Assembly (NCBI RefSeq): GCF_963921235.1
Contig: NC_086101.1
Coordinates: forward strand, 3,040,001 to 3,104,000
Origin: Mobula hypostoma
Lineage: Eukaryota
Direction of reading: 5' to 3'
DNA: 64,000 nt
The translations under genes were made by a program, and so were the position numbers. Under the pieces are notes generated by a model. That model did not search any database and had not been told where the DNA came from. It saw nothing but the letters and a program-made list of their open reading frames with translations. Position 1 is the stretch's first letter. Every line of letters starts with the position of its first letter. This document shows, in pieces, positions 11,001 to 23,930 of the stretch.

Positions 11001-13980
11001 CCTCTCGGTGCTGAAGTTCCCCCTCCTCTTCCCCTTAAATAGTTCACCTTTCACCCTTAACACATGACCTCTCGTCGTCTCAATCAAACTCAGTGGAAAA
11101 GGCCTGCTTGCATTTACCCTATCGATACCCCACATAATTTTGTACACCTCCATCAAATCTCCCCTCAATCGTCTGTGTTCCAAGTGTCAGCCCAGTCAAC
11201 CTTTCCCTGTAACCCAGGTCCTCGTGTCCCACAATTGTCCACGTTTTAGAGACACCACCCACCTTTCCCTCCTGCTGGACCCCACCACAAGACTTTCTGA
11301 TCTCCAGAACCCAGACACCACCCAGGTGACCCTGTCACTGTCTTCGTGGCTACGTGAGCTGCCAGTCACAGCTGAGGAGCCCCGTCTGCCCAAAGCAACC
11401 TGCTTGAAGGTGACTGTAACTGGCCTTTGGCCCTTCTGTGAGCAGAAATGATCCTGCTGGGTTTAATCACTGAGCTGTACGTGAGAGTCAGGAGCTGGAC
11501 TTGGTTGTCAGAGGCTATTTGAGACACGCCATTGGGAGCATTTAATAAATTGTGCAGTTTGTATCCTCACTACCCGCTCTCCCGGCTGTAACAATGTTAA
11601 AGAACCTCGACCAGCATGTGACTGAATCTTTCCCCAGTGTGTGGGTGACGGGTAAAATCTATGGGGGTGGAGTGGATTTGGTTGTGGGGTGTTTGTTGAG
11701 GAGAATGTTTTCAAAAATTTAATGTTAATTCATAATGAAATCTCTCCTGGCAGAGCCGGTGTCTGAGCCAATAGTGGAGATCAGCAGGAATGCCTCCCAC
11801 GTCACGCTGAACTGCACGGCTCTCGGAAGCGGACAGATCACCTATCGGTGGGAAAGGCAGACAGACGCTGCCGTTGGGAACGACACCGTCCATGGAGCCC
11901 TGCTGGTCCTGCAGAACGATGGGCTGAGTGGCCACACCTACAACTGCATTGCTGAAGATTGCTGCAGTCGGCAGATCAGCCTCCCAGTCTCTGCAGACTT
12001 CAACCCCGCCAGCAGTGAGTGGGACACAGTGGATGTGTTTCCAATACTGGGGGAGTCTCAGGATATGGGGGTGTCCATTTAGGACAGAGATGAGGAATTT
12101 CATTAGCCAGAGGGTGGAGAATCTGTGAAATTCATTGTCTCAGACGGCTGTGGAGGCCAAGTCATTGGGTGTATTTAAAGCGAGGTTATCGGTTTTTGGT
12201 TATTCAGGGTTTCAAAGGTTACAGTGAGAAGGCAGGAGAATGGGATTGAGAGGGACAATGAATCAACCACAGTGGAATGGCAGAGCAGACCTGATGGGCT
12301 GAATGGCCTACTTTTGCTCCTGTGTTCTAGTCATATCATCTCCTAGAGTAGGGTGTGAAGTGGGGACTGCTTGGAATCGAGAATGTGCCTCAGGACCCGA
12401 CTGGACAGGGGCTGGACTAAGAGAGGGGAGGAGGGAGTTCCAGTTTCCAGACACAAAGGTTCTGGTTGTGGGTTTCTGACCATGGAATGGATCAGTGAAC
12501 TGAGGTTTAATGCTGTCTGTCTTTCTGTCCCCCAGAGTCCAGAAATTATTGGGCCAGTGTCCTCAGCTTTACAGTCGTCCCAGTCATTGTGATGTTAATC
12601 TTGGGTCTGTATCTGCTCAGGAAATCTGTACCGATGGGTGAGTATCCTCTTCACTGTCATCCCACTCTTCGTCTAGCTCCCTTTCATCCCATCCCACCCC
12701 TGGCGTAAGGTGAGCCCGATGTTGGGACAACACACACACAATGCTGGAGGATTCAGAGGGTCAGGGAGCATCTTTCTTTACATTTTAAATCTTTTTATTA
12801 ATTTTCAAAATTATAAATTCAATAACAAAGTTGGTACAAAGAGATTGGAATAATCTTAATCAGCATATACAAAAAGGATTTTAAGTAACATAGGAATTAT
12901 AGACTTCCAAACTCATAATGAAATTAGTCATAAAAAAGAAATAAAAAGAAAAAAATGTATATAAACAAAGAAAAATCCCCAAAAGGAAAAGCAAAAAAAA
13001 AAACAAAGAAGAACAGAACGAAATAGGGCTCGACCAATATCTTGAATCAGACACGTTCAGTAATGTCGTCAACTCCGCTCCTCTACTCATATAATTTAAG
13101 TTTTAAAAAAAAAAGATTCGGAAAGGTCAGATTACATCATATGAAAATTTTGCATAAAAGGTTTCCAAGTTTCTTCAAATTTAACCGAAGGGTCAAAAAT
13201 ATCATTTCTATTTTTTTCTAAATTTAAACTTAATATAGTTTGGGAAAACCATTGGAATGTAGTAGGAGGATTGATTTCCTTCCAGTTCAACAAAATAGAT
13301 CTTCTCGCCATTAAAGTAACAAATGTTATCATCCGACAGGCTGAAAAAGACAAAGATCTATGTTCTACCATTGGCAATCCAAAAGTTGCCGAGATAGGAT
13401 GGGGTTTTAAATCAAAACATAGAACTGTTGAAATAGTATCAAAAATATCTTTCCAATATTTTTCCAAAAGAGGACAGGACCAAAACATGAGTTAAAGAAG
13501 CCACCTTAGAGTGACATAGGGAGCACCTACAAGGGGAATAAACAGGCCCGTTATATCTAATTATTATTATCTTTATCCTTCGTTATAACTAATTATTATC
13601 TTTATCCATTATAACTAATAATTGATACATTCATCCCTTGATATATCTAATTATTATTATCTTTATCCTTCATTATTACTAGTAACTGATATACTCATCC
13701 CTCGATATATCTAAGTACCTCCTGCACCACACCAGTCCCATGTCCACAGGTAAACCAGGTGTATTCCAGGGACTGAGAATGGATGCCCCGTCCCTGGTGC
13801 TCGGGAGGGAATAACTACCCCACCTCGTCATTGACTGGGAAGTGACTTGTTACATTTTCTCTCACAGGTCAAGCCCACCCAGAAACCAAGGGGCAGGAGA
13901 GTTCCAGTGAGGATGGGGGTTCGGATGAGGGTTCTGACCGTCCGATCTTGGAATCTCGTGGCTCCTCTGACCCAGTGTGA
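8018..13980 (+). CDS. IgSF type I membrane protein (V-set + C2-set + TM + acidic tail), HEPACAM/CD2-SLAM/CEACAM-like, copy A, 294 aa, spliced
   Basis: Coding exons 8018-8066 (MPHSDGKAEMLLWILT), 10370-10729 (V: ...GGSVHFP...IRPSYRNRIHFRRDGVIEMRGIKMSDQGTYEV), 11754-12014 (C2: EPVSEPIVEI..VTLNC..YRW..YNCIAE), 12536-12637 (TM: YWASVLSFTVVPVIVMLILGLYLLRK), 13868-13980 (GQAHPETKGQESSSEDGGSDEGSDRPILESRGSSDPV*). All introns GT-AG and phase 1; total 885 nt, open. Confidence 0.85.
8153..8380. mobile_element. Palindromic (inverted) Penelope-like terminal repeat insertion
   Basis: Arms ~8187-8284 and ~8287-8380 are reverse complements. TSD catatgactat(c/a)ggt. Absent from copies B and C. Confidence 0.75.
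8450..9800 (-). mobile_element. Decayed Rex1/Babar/L2-type RT fragments in intron 2
   Basis: LERVSSFKFLGVSISEFLSW and EWCYNNSLTHNDSQTRELIVD motifs. Paralogous fragments at 25.5-26.3 kb and 53.6-54.6 kb. Confidence 0.65.
12771..13517 (-). mobile_element. 5'-truncated L1-clade LINE in copy A intron 4
   Basis: C-terminal ORF2 HMFWSCPLLEKYW, A-rich 3' end, TSD agggagca, empty site in copies B and C. Confidence 0.8.
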
Positions 13981-15189
13981 ACGGGAACCGGGACAATGCT
14001 GAACATGTCCCTCCCTCCAGCTGCTGTCTCTACCGTGACCCCCACCCACTCAGCCCCTGATCACAGGATGTCTGTGCCTCACACTGTGTGGGAGGTGTCA
14101 CTGAGATGCTGGGCTCCCCACTGTGGGGCAGTTCCTGACTGTAGCAACTACTGGAGAACCGATCGATGATTGTGTGCATTGAGATGGGAGCTCGGGGTGA
14201 CTGTGTCAGTGTCTGTCCCTGAGTCCTGTTTATTTGTTCTGTCTCAGGTTTTACACAGAACATTACAGCACAATACAGGCCCTTTGGCACATAATGCTGT
14301 GCTGACTTTGTAATCCAGTCTAACATCAATCGAACTCTCCCCTCCAATGTAGCTCTCCATTTTTCTATCATCCATCCTCCTTTAAATGCCTCTACCAGCA
14401 CCCCTGGCAGCACGTTCCTTGCATCCATCACTCTATAAAAACACACCTCTGATATCCCCCCTCGTACTTTCCTCCAATCACAATAAATTGATGCCGTCTG
14501 TGTTGGCCATTTCCACCCTGGGGAAAGGTCTGACTGTCCACTGTCTGTCCCTCTCATCAACTTGTACAACTCCAAGTCACTCTCGTCCTCCCTCACTGCG
14601 AAGAGAAAATGCCAAGCTCACTCAACCTCTCCTCATCGGACCAGCTCCCTAAGCGGTCACCTCACTACAGGAAGGATGTGGATACTATAGAGAGAGTGCA
14701 GACGAGATTTACAAGGATTTTGTCTGGATAGGAGAGTGTGCCTTTTGAGAATGGGTTAGGTGAACTCGGCCTTTTCTCCTTGGAGTGACGGAGGATGAGA
14801 GGTGACCTGATAGAGGTGTATAAGATGATGAGACGCATTGATCGTGTGGATAGTCAGAGGATTTTTCCCAGGGCTGAAATGGCTAACATAAGGGGTCACA
14901 GTTTTAAGGTGTTTGGAAACTGGTACTGAGGGAATGTCAGGGGTCAGTTTTTCCACACAGAGAGTGGTGAGTGCGTGGAATGGGCTGCCAGTGGTGTTGG
15001 TGGGTGAGGCAGATATAACAGGGTCTTTCAGGAGACTCTTGGACGGGTACGTGGAGCTTCGAAAAGTAGAGGAAATTGTACACAGTTTCTAGAGTAGGTT
15101 ACATGGTCAGCACAACATAGTGAGGGGAAGAGCCTGTGATCTGCTGTAGACTTTCTATGTTCTATATTGTATTTTATTTTATTTCTCTG

Positions 15190-15770
15190 TCCACCAGAGA
15201 AAGCAGGATCTCCCAGTGGCCACACATTTTAATTCCACATCCCATTCCCATTCTGACATGTCTATCCACGGCCTCCTCTATTGTTAAGATGAAGCCACAC
15301 TCAGGTTGGAGGAACAACATTTTATGTTCTGTTTGGGTAGCCTCCAACCTGATGGCATGAACATTGACTTCTCAAACTTCTGCTAATGTCCCACCTCCCC
15401 CTCGTACCCCATCTGTTATTTATTTATATACACACATTCTTTTTCTCCCTCTGTCCCTCTGAATATACCCCTTGCCCATCCTCTGGTTTCTCCCCCCCGC
15501 CCCCGCCTTTCCTTCTCCCTGGGCCTCCTGTCCCGTGATCCTCTCATATCCCTGTTACCAATCACCTGTCCAGCTCTTGGCTCCATCCCTCCCCCTCCTG
15601 TCTTCTCCTATCATTTTGGATCTCCCCCTCCCCCTCCCACTTTTAAATCTCTTACTAACTCTTCTTCAGTTAGTCCTGATGAAGGGTCTCAGCCTGAAAC
15701 GTCGACCGTACCTCTTCCTAGAGATGCTGCCTGGCCTGCTGCGTTCACCAGCAACTTTTATGCGTATTGC
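15190..15770 (+). mobile_element. Penelope-like element 3' fragment (GIY-YIG C-terminus plus terminal repeat)
   Basis: PVATHFNSTSHSHSDMS..RLEEQH..LQPDGMNIDFSNF, followed by a repeat with a hammerhead core. Confidence 0.8.
15672..15706 (+). ncRNA. Minimal type I hammerhead ribozyme motif in Penelope repeat
   Basis: (A)GTC-CTGATGA-AGG gtctcag CCT-GAAAC-GTC^GAC: intact core, stem II, palindromic ACGT stem III, GTC/GAC stem I. Confidence 0.65.
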
Positions 15771-16189
15771 TTTTATTTTAGTTATTGGTTCTCTGTCTTT
15801 TGCATGTTGGTTCTTTGTCAGCTTTGTTATTGTGTAGTTTTTCACAATTTCTATTATATTTGTGTATTTTGCTGTGAATACCTGTAATGAAATGAATATA
15901 TGACGTTGTGTATATAATTCTGTTGTGGATTTAATATTTGAGTAAATGTTACTCATTTGGATTATTATTTATTATACTTGTTTAAAGATTCTTCATGTTG
16001 TTAATCTATTCTTTGTTAGAATTATAATCGTTCTGTACATTGTTGATTACACAGTCTTTGAAAAAAATCATTCCTGGCTTGCTGTAAAAATAAGTGAATA
16101 TGTAAAAATGCCCTGTTGCTACCAAATGATACGTGTGGGCCGCGCTTAAAGTGATCACAAAGTTTTGGATCCCCCATGTCTTCCTTTGA

Positions 16190-17312
16190 AATTGCTCTCG
16201 GTATTGTACTGCCCCGGCTCGCGTATCCGGACAAGTCGGACGCAACATCCATGGTCGGGGGGTTATGATCAGCCTTTCTACTGAGGGAAAGGAGCTGTTT
16301 TTCAGGCTGCTGCTCCTGTGGGTGATGCGAGTGAACCTCCTTTATCCTGTTACTGATTTACCAGCTGCAGTTTGCTGGCGGTCCATTTCCGGGTTGTGAA
16401 CCGTCCCAGAGTCGAGGGTAGGGGCGGGTCGTTTAAAGCGATTGCCTAGCGGGGACGTAATTGGATACTGGAGATTACACCCCGCCCTATTTCCCTGATC
16501 ATTGGCTGAATTTCAATCAATCACATAAAGAGGTGACAACATATTTAATTTCAATACGTTGCGGGAATGGTTTGCTGTGAAACAGGATCAGACCGTGAGC
16601 GGAGCGTGTCCACGGACCGGTGAGTGACCATTATCCCGGACACCCTGCGCTCCCTCTCCCGCGGACTGACGGCGTCCCTCACGGACCCGCAGCCCCGCTG
16701 GGAACTCGCTAGCCGCGGTAGTGTAGTGGTTGGCGTAGCGCCGAGAGCCGGGTTCAAGTCCCACCACGGTCTGTAAGGAGTTAATCGGTTCTGCTCAGGA
16801 CCGTCCGGGTTTCCTCCAGGGAAAGAGGTCCTGGTTAGAAGGTTAATTGCTCACAAGGGTGGAATTGGGTGTCGAGAGCTTCTGGGGCGGATCTCTAAAT
16901 AATTAGGGTTGGCGGTCAGTCTCTTAGCCAGGGTGAAATGTCAAATAGGAGAGGGAGCGGGGTAAAGATGACGGGGAGTGGGGAGGGGGCGTTGAGGGCA
17001 AGTTGTTTCACACAGTGATGGGTGCCTGGAACGGGCTCCGGGATGGGGTGGAAGCAGATATGATTGTGGTGTGTCAGGGTCATTTACACAGACACTCACA
17101 CATTAAGGGAACGGAGTAATTTGAATTCTCTACATTTGGGTGGAATTCGTTCAAATCGGCGTGGTGACTGTGTCCTGTTTGTGATGGAGATGGCTGAGTT
17201 TACAACCCTCTGCGGCTTCATCTGATCCTGGGCAGTTCCGGGTGGTAATGCAACCGATCACAATGCTCTCTCTGGTACATCTGGAGAACTTTTACTCTAC
17301 TGGGACGTAGGC
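16190..17312 (+). pseudogene. Orphan partial duplicate: promoter, exon 1 and start of intron 1, leader exon deleted
   Basis: Matches ~6700-7910, then jumps at ~17177 (tgt microhomology) to the sequence of ~8715. Donor GTGAGT at 16620 is intact. Confidence 0.7.
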
Positions 17313-18190
17313 CACAGAGAGGTACTAGAAGATTGGAGGATCGCCAATGTTGTTCGGCTGCTCAAAAAAGGCTCTAAACATAAACCAGGAAATTACAGGC
17401 TAGTGAGTCTGACATCATTGGTGGGAAAGTTATTGGAAGATATTCTAAGGCATCGGATATTGGCATTTGGATAGACGGGGGCTGATTACGGATCGTCAGC
17501 ATGGCTGGTGTGTGGTCAGGTCAAGGACGACCATCAGAGCTTGAGCAGGATCTGGGTCAGCTGAAAAGTGTCAGATGGAATTTAATGGCGGCAGGTGCAA
17601 GCTGTTTTCATTTCGGTAGGACAAACCACAGTAGGTCTTACATAGCGAACAGTAGAGCACTGAGGAGTGTGGTAGAACAAAGGGGTCTGGCAAAAGAGGT
17701 CCATAATTCATTGAAAGTAGCGTCACAGGTAGACTGGGTCGTGAAGAAAACTTTTGTCACATTGGCCTTCATAAATCAAAGTCTTGTTGTTCAAGAGATG
17801 GGCTGTTAAGCCGTTGGTGAAGCCTAATTTGGAATATTATGTGCAGTTTTGGTCAGTTACATACAGGAAAGATGTAATAAAGTTTGAAAGAGTGCAGAGA
17901 AAATTGACAAGGATGATGCCGGGTCTGAGTTCTCAGGAAAGATTAGGACTTTATTCTTTAGAGCGTAGAAGATTGAGAGCAGATTTGATGAGGTATACAG
18001 ATTATGAGGGGTATATTTAGGGTAAATGCAAGCAGGCTTTTCTACTGAGGGAGGGTGGGACTACAACGAGAGGTCATGGGTTAAGCGTGATGGGTGAGAA
18101 GTCTAAAGGGAATATGAGGGGAAACTTCTTCATTCAGAGGGTCGTGAGAGTGTGGAATGAGCTGTCAACACAAGTGATCCATGTGAGCTC
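17313..18190 (+). mobile_element. Duplicated decayed CR1 flank (paralogous to 4660-4776 plus 5810-6560)
   Basis: Near-identical translation MAGVWSGQGRPSELEQDLG..., without the solo LTR. Confidence 0.75.
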
Positions 18191-18812
18191 AAGGCAGTCC
18201 TGCGATGAGTTGGACGCTGACAGGCAACTGTTGCGACGCTGCTGGTGAGAGTCTCTGCCGTTGTGTGGAGAGGGGTGGGGGCGGCTGCGGGGCTGCTACA
18301 CGGACAGCAGATTGCTTTCTGTATTGTACTGCCCCGGCTCGCGTATCCGGACAAGTCGCACGCAACAACCATGATCAACGCTGACCGACGGAGACCTCAC
18401 TGTGCTCTGCCTGACCTGCTGAGTTCCTCCAGCAGTCTGTGTTTACTGCCCAGGTTTCCAGCCTCTGAGAATTTCTCAGGTAGCAGGATAAAGTAGTGGT
18501 GGTTGGGGTGTGGAGAGGTGGGTTATGATCAGCCTTTCTACTCAGGGAAAGGAACTGGTTTTCAGTCTGCTGGTCCTGTCGTGGATGCTAGTGAACCTCC
18601 TTTATCCTGTTACTGACTTACCAGCAACAGATTACTGGTGTCTTCTCAACAACTTCAGCAGTGGGGTCCAGTTCCGGGTTGTGAACCGTCCCAGAGTCTA
18701 CCTCGCTTCTTCTCCTCCTGTTTTACCGCGGTTGGCACCCACCTTAATGGTACATTACCGCCACCGTCTGCTCCGGAGTGTGCAATAGACTTACATTTTC
18801 AATCTCTTCACT

Positions 18813-18846
<34 letters not shown>

Positions 18847-21800
18847 GACAGACACACACTTACCCTAACCTACACTTTATCCTCACATCTTTGACCTCCC
18901 TAGTAACCCATTCCTGCTTATCCATCATATCCTATAAAAAACCCCTGTACCTCTGAAGGAAGCTAACAATACCCTAACCTGTACTCTCTCATCCATGCCC
19001 AGCAACCCTTTTAATGTGAATTCCTGAACTCCCAGTTCCCTTAGATTAATTCTCATCATCTCTGTATCCCATACTTCCAGCAACTCAGTACTACATGTTC
19101 TACTGACTCCTCTTCCTGATATTCCTCACACAATCCTGTCTGGTGTTTCCCTAGCATTTTCAATGTTTTGTTTAATGCACAGTGCCCCAGCCTTAACCTA
19201 GTCCACACAGTCTCCTCTCTTCTGTTTCCATTACCTACCCTAGTAACTGCAACACTCTTTTGTATTTGATATAAATGCCTCCCTTTCCCCTCCCTGTCCC
19301 ATCTTTCTTGCCACATTTGGTTGATGTTTTCCCAGATTACACACTTAACCTCTGCTTTACTGATACTAATGTGCATTTCCACATTTTCTTTCTTTAACGC
19401 CCTCTTTGCCAACTCATCCACCCTCTCATTCCCCTTCACCCCTACATGTGCTGGAACCCATAGAAATTTTACCTGACCTCCCTGATCTGCAATTCTTGTG
19501 ACTGACTGAAGGACTTCATAAAGTACATCTTGCCGACTGTTTGAGTGAAAAGACCTTAAACTTGAGGATTTAATCTGAGGATGAATCTGAACATATCAAT
19601 GCTTTGACTTGTCTGGCTTTCTGCACCCATTGCAACGCAACCAACACTGCCAGCATCTCCACTGTAAACATCCCTAACTTATTAGATGTTCTTCTGCTGA
19701 TTCCAATTTCTTTTGCTGGTATAACCACCCCAAACCCTGTCACTCCTGTTTCAGGTTCCTTCGCACCATCCGTATAAATGTGAGTATAATCACTATACTT
19801 TTCCATCACGTGACAGTTAAATGCATTTACCAAATCTGTTTTATATCTTTCTTTCCTTTTTACCTCTAACAAATGCCAGTCTATGTCAGGCCATACAAGC
19901 TTCCATGGAGCTACAACCGGATAAACTACTGAAGGACTTATCCTCAGATCAAACACTCCACATTCTTTCGCGATATCATTCCCTACCCGACTAAAGGTAT
20001 CCCTCTGAAACCTCCCATTTTCCCAGCACTCCTGCAACACTCCTTTAGTAGGGTGAGAATCATTGTGCCCCTGCAAGTTAGCCCAGTAATTTGCTATCAA
20101 TTGCATCCTTCTTAAAGTCACATACATCTCTTCAACGCTGAACAACTTGCTCCCCATTCCCTACCAGTCAAACATCTCATCACATTTATTACTTTTTTAC
20201 ATTTCTCCTCAACTTTCCTGATATGGTCTGCCCATGTTAACCGTGAATCAAATATAACTCCCAGAAATTTAAATGATGCAACCCTTTCTAATTCAACCCC
20301 ATACATTCTTAACTTCTTCCCTACCTCAACTCTTTTCCTGGTAAAAAAAAATACAGTTTGAGTTTTTTTCTACTGAAAATCTATATCCCCAATCATAACC
20401 CACTCCACCACTTCAATTGCTTCTTGTAGTTTCCTGATTATATGGTCCATGTTCCTGCCTCTTTTCCACAAGGCCCCATCATCCGCAAACAGTGACCTAC
20501 CTATATCCACTGGTACCTTTGTGAAGACATCATTGATCATAATGATGAAAAGTAACGGGCTAATCACACTACCTTGAGGTGCCATTTTCCACTATGTACT
20601 GTTTTGATAATTCTGATCCAATCCGAACTTGAATTTTTCTACCAAACAAAAAATCTTTAATCCAATTAAAAAATCTCCCACTGAACCCCATCTTGTGCAG
20701 TTTAATTAATAACCTTCCTTCCACATCACATCATAGGCTTTTTCAATGTCAAAGAACACTGCCACTACTGACTCTCTATTTGCCTGGGCCTTCCTTATTT
20801 CAGTCTCTAACATTATCACTGAGTCCATGATATCTTTCCCTTTCTAAAACCACTCTGATAACTTGCCAGCATTCCCCCTTTCTCAAGCTCATACGACAAC
20901 CTTTCTGTTATCATCCTTTCCATTATCTTACATATATTTGATGTTAATGCAATTGGTCTGTAGTTAGTGGCTTTTGACAGATCCTTGCCAGGCTTCCTTA
21001 TTGGAATTACTACTGCTTCTTTCCATGCACTTGGTAATCTTCCCTCCTCCCACACTCTGTTATAAAAATGCAGCACTTCAAGAGCGCTCCTTCTCCTAGA
21101 TTTTTTAGCATCACAGAGCATATCCCTGGGGAGGTTGGTCTCGATCTCTTTATTGCTCTCACCATTTCTGCTAATGTAAATGGATCATCAATTATATCAT
21201 CTGTTCCTTCCCTCCTGTTTAACACACCTCATTCTTTCCCTTCTCCTTCTCCCTTCAGACAAATTTTCTGAACTGTGTATCAGTACAAATGACTTGGCCA
21301 TGACCTCAGCCTTATCCCTACTGGAGACTGCAGTTTCCTCCTCAGATATCATTACTGGATATTCCCATTCCCTTCTATCTCCTCCCATCCTCTTAATCAT
21401 TCCCCATATCTCTCTCACAGGTGTTGTTCTTCCTACCTTGTCGCAAAAACTCCTCCAACTTGCCCTTTTAGCTTGACGTATAGTTCTTCTCACCACTGCC
21501 TGTGCTTTCTTATATTGAACCAAATGCTGCATATTATGGGTTCTTTTAACTAGGCTGAATGCTCTATTTCTGTTTTTTACAGCCTGACAACATTCCTCTG
21601 TCCACTATGGTACCAGTTTTCTACTCATCCTATTTTTACTCCTGGGTATAGATCCTTCTGCTGCCATGATAATTGCTGAAGTCACCTGACTGTTTAATTC
21701 ATCTACATTTCCAGAAATATCAATCTTTGTCAACCCTTCTTCACTCAACTTCTGGAACTTACCCCAATCTGCTTTTCCAAACACCCACTTTGGGGTTCCA

Positions 21801-23147
21801 CCACCTGGTCTTACTTCAACTCTTTCACCCACTGAACACAAAACTGGGTAGTGATCACTGCCTACTGTTGAAGCAGTCCAAACTCCCCAGTTACTAATGC
21901 CAGCCAAGGTATTAGACACTAACGTAATATCTAACACTGACTCAGTTCCTGTTGTTATATCTATCCTTGTGCCGCTACCATCATTCATACACACCAAATC
22001 CCTTTCTTCCATCAAATCTTCAATTACCTTTCCGTTTGAATCTGTAATCGGATCCCCCCATATTCTGCTATGAGCATTGAAATCTGCACACCACACTACT
22101 TTATGTCTGTTTTGTCCTTGTATCTTTAATAGGCTGTCCAATTCCAACCTTTTACATGGATTGTAGTAGTTAATTATAACCACTCCCTCCCCTCTCTCCC
22201 ACACTTCCACCACTATGTATTCCTGATCATCTCCTTTTTCCAGTACCCTATATGGTATACCTTGCTTGATTAACATAGCACAACCCCCTCCTCCCCCTAG
22301 ATTTCTATCTTTCCTTATCATTGTATACCCATATACCACAAAGTCTAAAGTTAGTTTCAACTAAGTTTCCTGAATACACACTACATCCGGTTTTACAACC
22401 ATTTCTTTAATAAAGTGCTTGAATTCCTGGGCTATTGGCCAGTAAGCTGCTTGCATTCTATTGTAAAAGAATCACCATAATTAGAATTAACCAACACATG
22501 ACACTTCCTGGCTTGACTGATTAGTAAGGTTCTCCCTCACTTCTTCCCATGTCAGTCCTACTAACCCTAAATGGTTTACTGCTGCTTTTACCACCAGCTG
22601 AATTTTGTCACTTTTTGACTTTACCTCAGCCGTACTATTAATCACTCCTGCAATGAATGTTACTGGAGCCTTTCTGTCTACATAAATCCTGTCATTTGTT
22701 CTTTGTTGCATCTCTCGTATCCCTATTGCTCCCTGTTCATTAGGAGCATTATTCTGTTCTCTTGACATTCTTACAGCTTCTGCATAAGTGATCTTTCTTT
22801 TCACTCTTATTTCTTGAATTTTAGTCTCCCGTCTCATAACCTCACACCCACTATATGCCACATTATGAGCTCCTCCACAATTGCAGCATTTTGGTTGAAC
22901 TCCTGTTCCGCACTTTCCATATTCATGATCACCCCCACATCTAGCACATCTCCTCTGCCTTTTACAGTTTTTAGCTATGTGTCCAAACCTTTGACAATTA
23001 TAGCACCTCAATGGCTTTGGCACATACACCCTTACTGGGTAACTCATGAAACCCAGGAATACCTTCCTTGGCACTCTTTCTTCTTCAAAGTCAATCAATA
23101 CTGATTCACTTTCCTTTTTCACTCCCTCCTTTGTTGTTTTTTTAGTT

Positions 23148-23458
23148 GTGGGCACGTGGCCAAGTGGTTAAGGCATTGGACTAGTGACCTGAAGGTCGCG
23201 AGTTCGAGCCCCAGCCGAGGCAACATGTTGTGTCCTTGAACAAGGCACTTAATCACACACTGCTCTGCGACAACACTGGTGCCAAGCTATATGGGTCCTA
23301 ATGCCCTTCCCTTAGACAACATCGGTGGTGTGGAGAGGGGAGACTTGCAGCATGGGCAACTGCTGGTCTTCCATACAACCTTGCCCAGGCCTGCGCCCTG
23401 GAGAATGAAGACTTTCCAGGTGCAGATCCATGGTCTCGCAAGACTAATGGATGCCTAA
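23148..23458 (+). mobile_element. tRNA-derived SINE nested in the LINE ORF1
   Basis: A box TGGCCAAGTGG, B box GAGTTCGAGCC, flanked by duplicated ttgttgttttt(tt)ag. Confidence 0.8.
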
Positions 23459-23821
23459 ATTTGTTGTTTTTAGCTTTTGAGCATTCATTACTTTCCCCTC
23501 CTTTGATATTCCTCTTTAACTCCTCCATATTTGTACTCATTGGTACCCCCCCATCACTCCTTTACATCCACCGCCATTTCGTGCTCCCTCCCTCCCTGTG
23601 TATTCCACCTTGCATTTTCCAATCTCTTTCAGCTTGAATGCTTTCTCAAGTTGTTCCTCATTCGCACATCTTACCAATAAGTTGCCATCATTAAGTACTT
23701 TTGCAAATACTATTTCTCCTATCTTATTAGCCAAAGTTGTTGTTAGCACAAATGGGTTAATTTTCTTCATATGTCCCTGAGCCTTCTCATTAAACCTAAT
23801 TATGACAACACCTTCTCTCTG

Positions 23822-23930
23822 AAGCAAAACGTTGACTGATCGTTTCCACGGATGCTGCCCGACCTGCTGAGTTCCTCCAGCTTGTTGTGAGTGTTGCTTT
23901 GACCCCAGCATCTGCAGAGTATTTTGTGTT
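23822..23930 (+). mobile_element. Penelope-like terminal repeat fragment nested in LINE ORF1
   Basis: Same repeat as 8153-8380; interrupts the ORF1 frame. Confidence 0.7.

Noticed and set aside
13550..13715. AT-rich repeated units in intron 4 resembling an array
   Set aside because: Irregular minisatellite without unique spacers, in a eukaryotic intron; not CRISPR.
8018..13980. Assigning the symbol HEPACAM, CD2 or a SLAMF gene
   Set aside because: Similarity is motif-level only; the tail is short and lacks ITSM or long Pro-rich regions, and orthology cannot be shown without a search.
23150..23225. tRNA-like sequence
   Set aside because: Head of a SINE with body and TSD; no proper acceptor stem or Pol III terminator.
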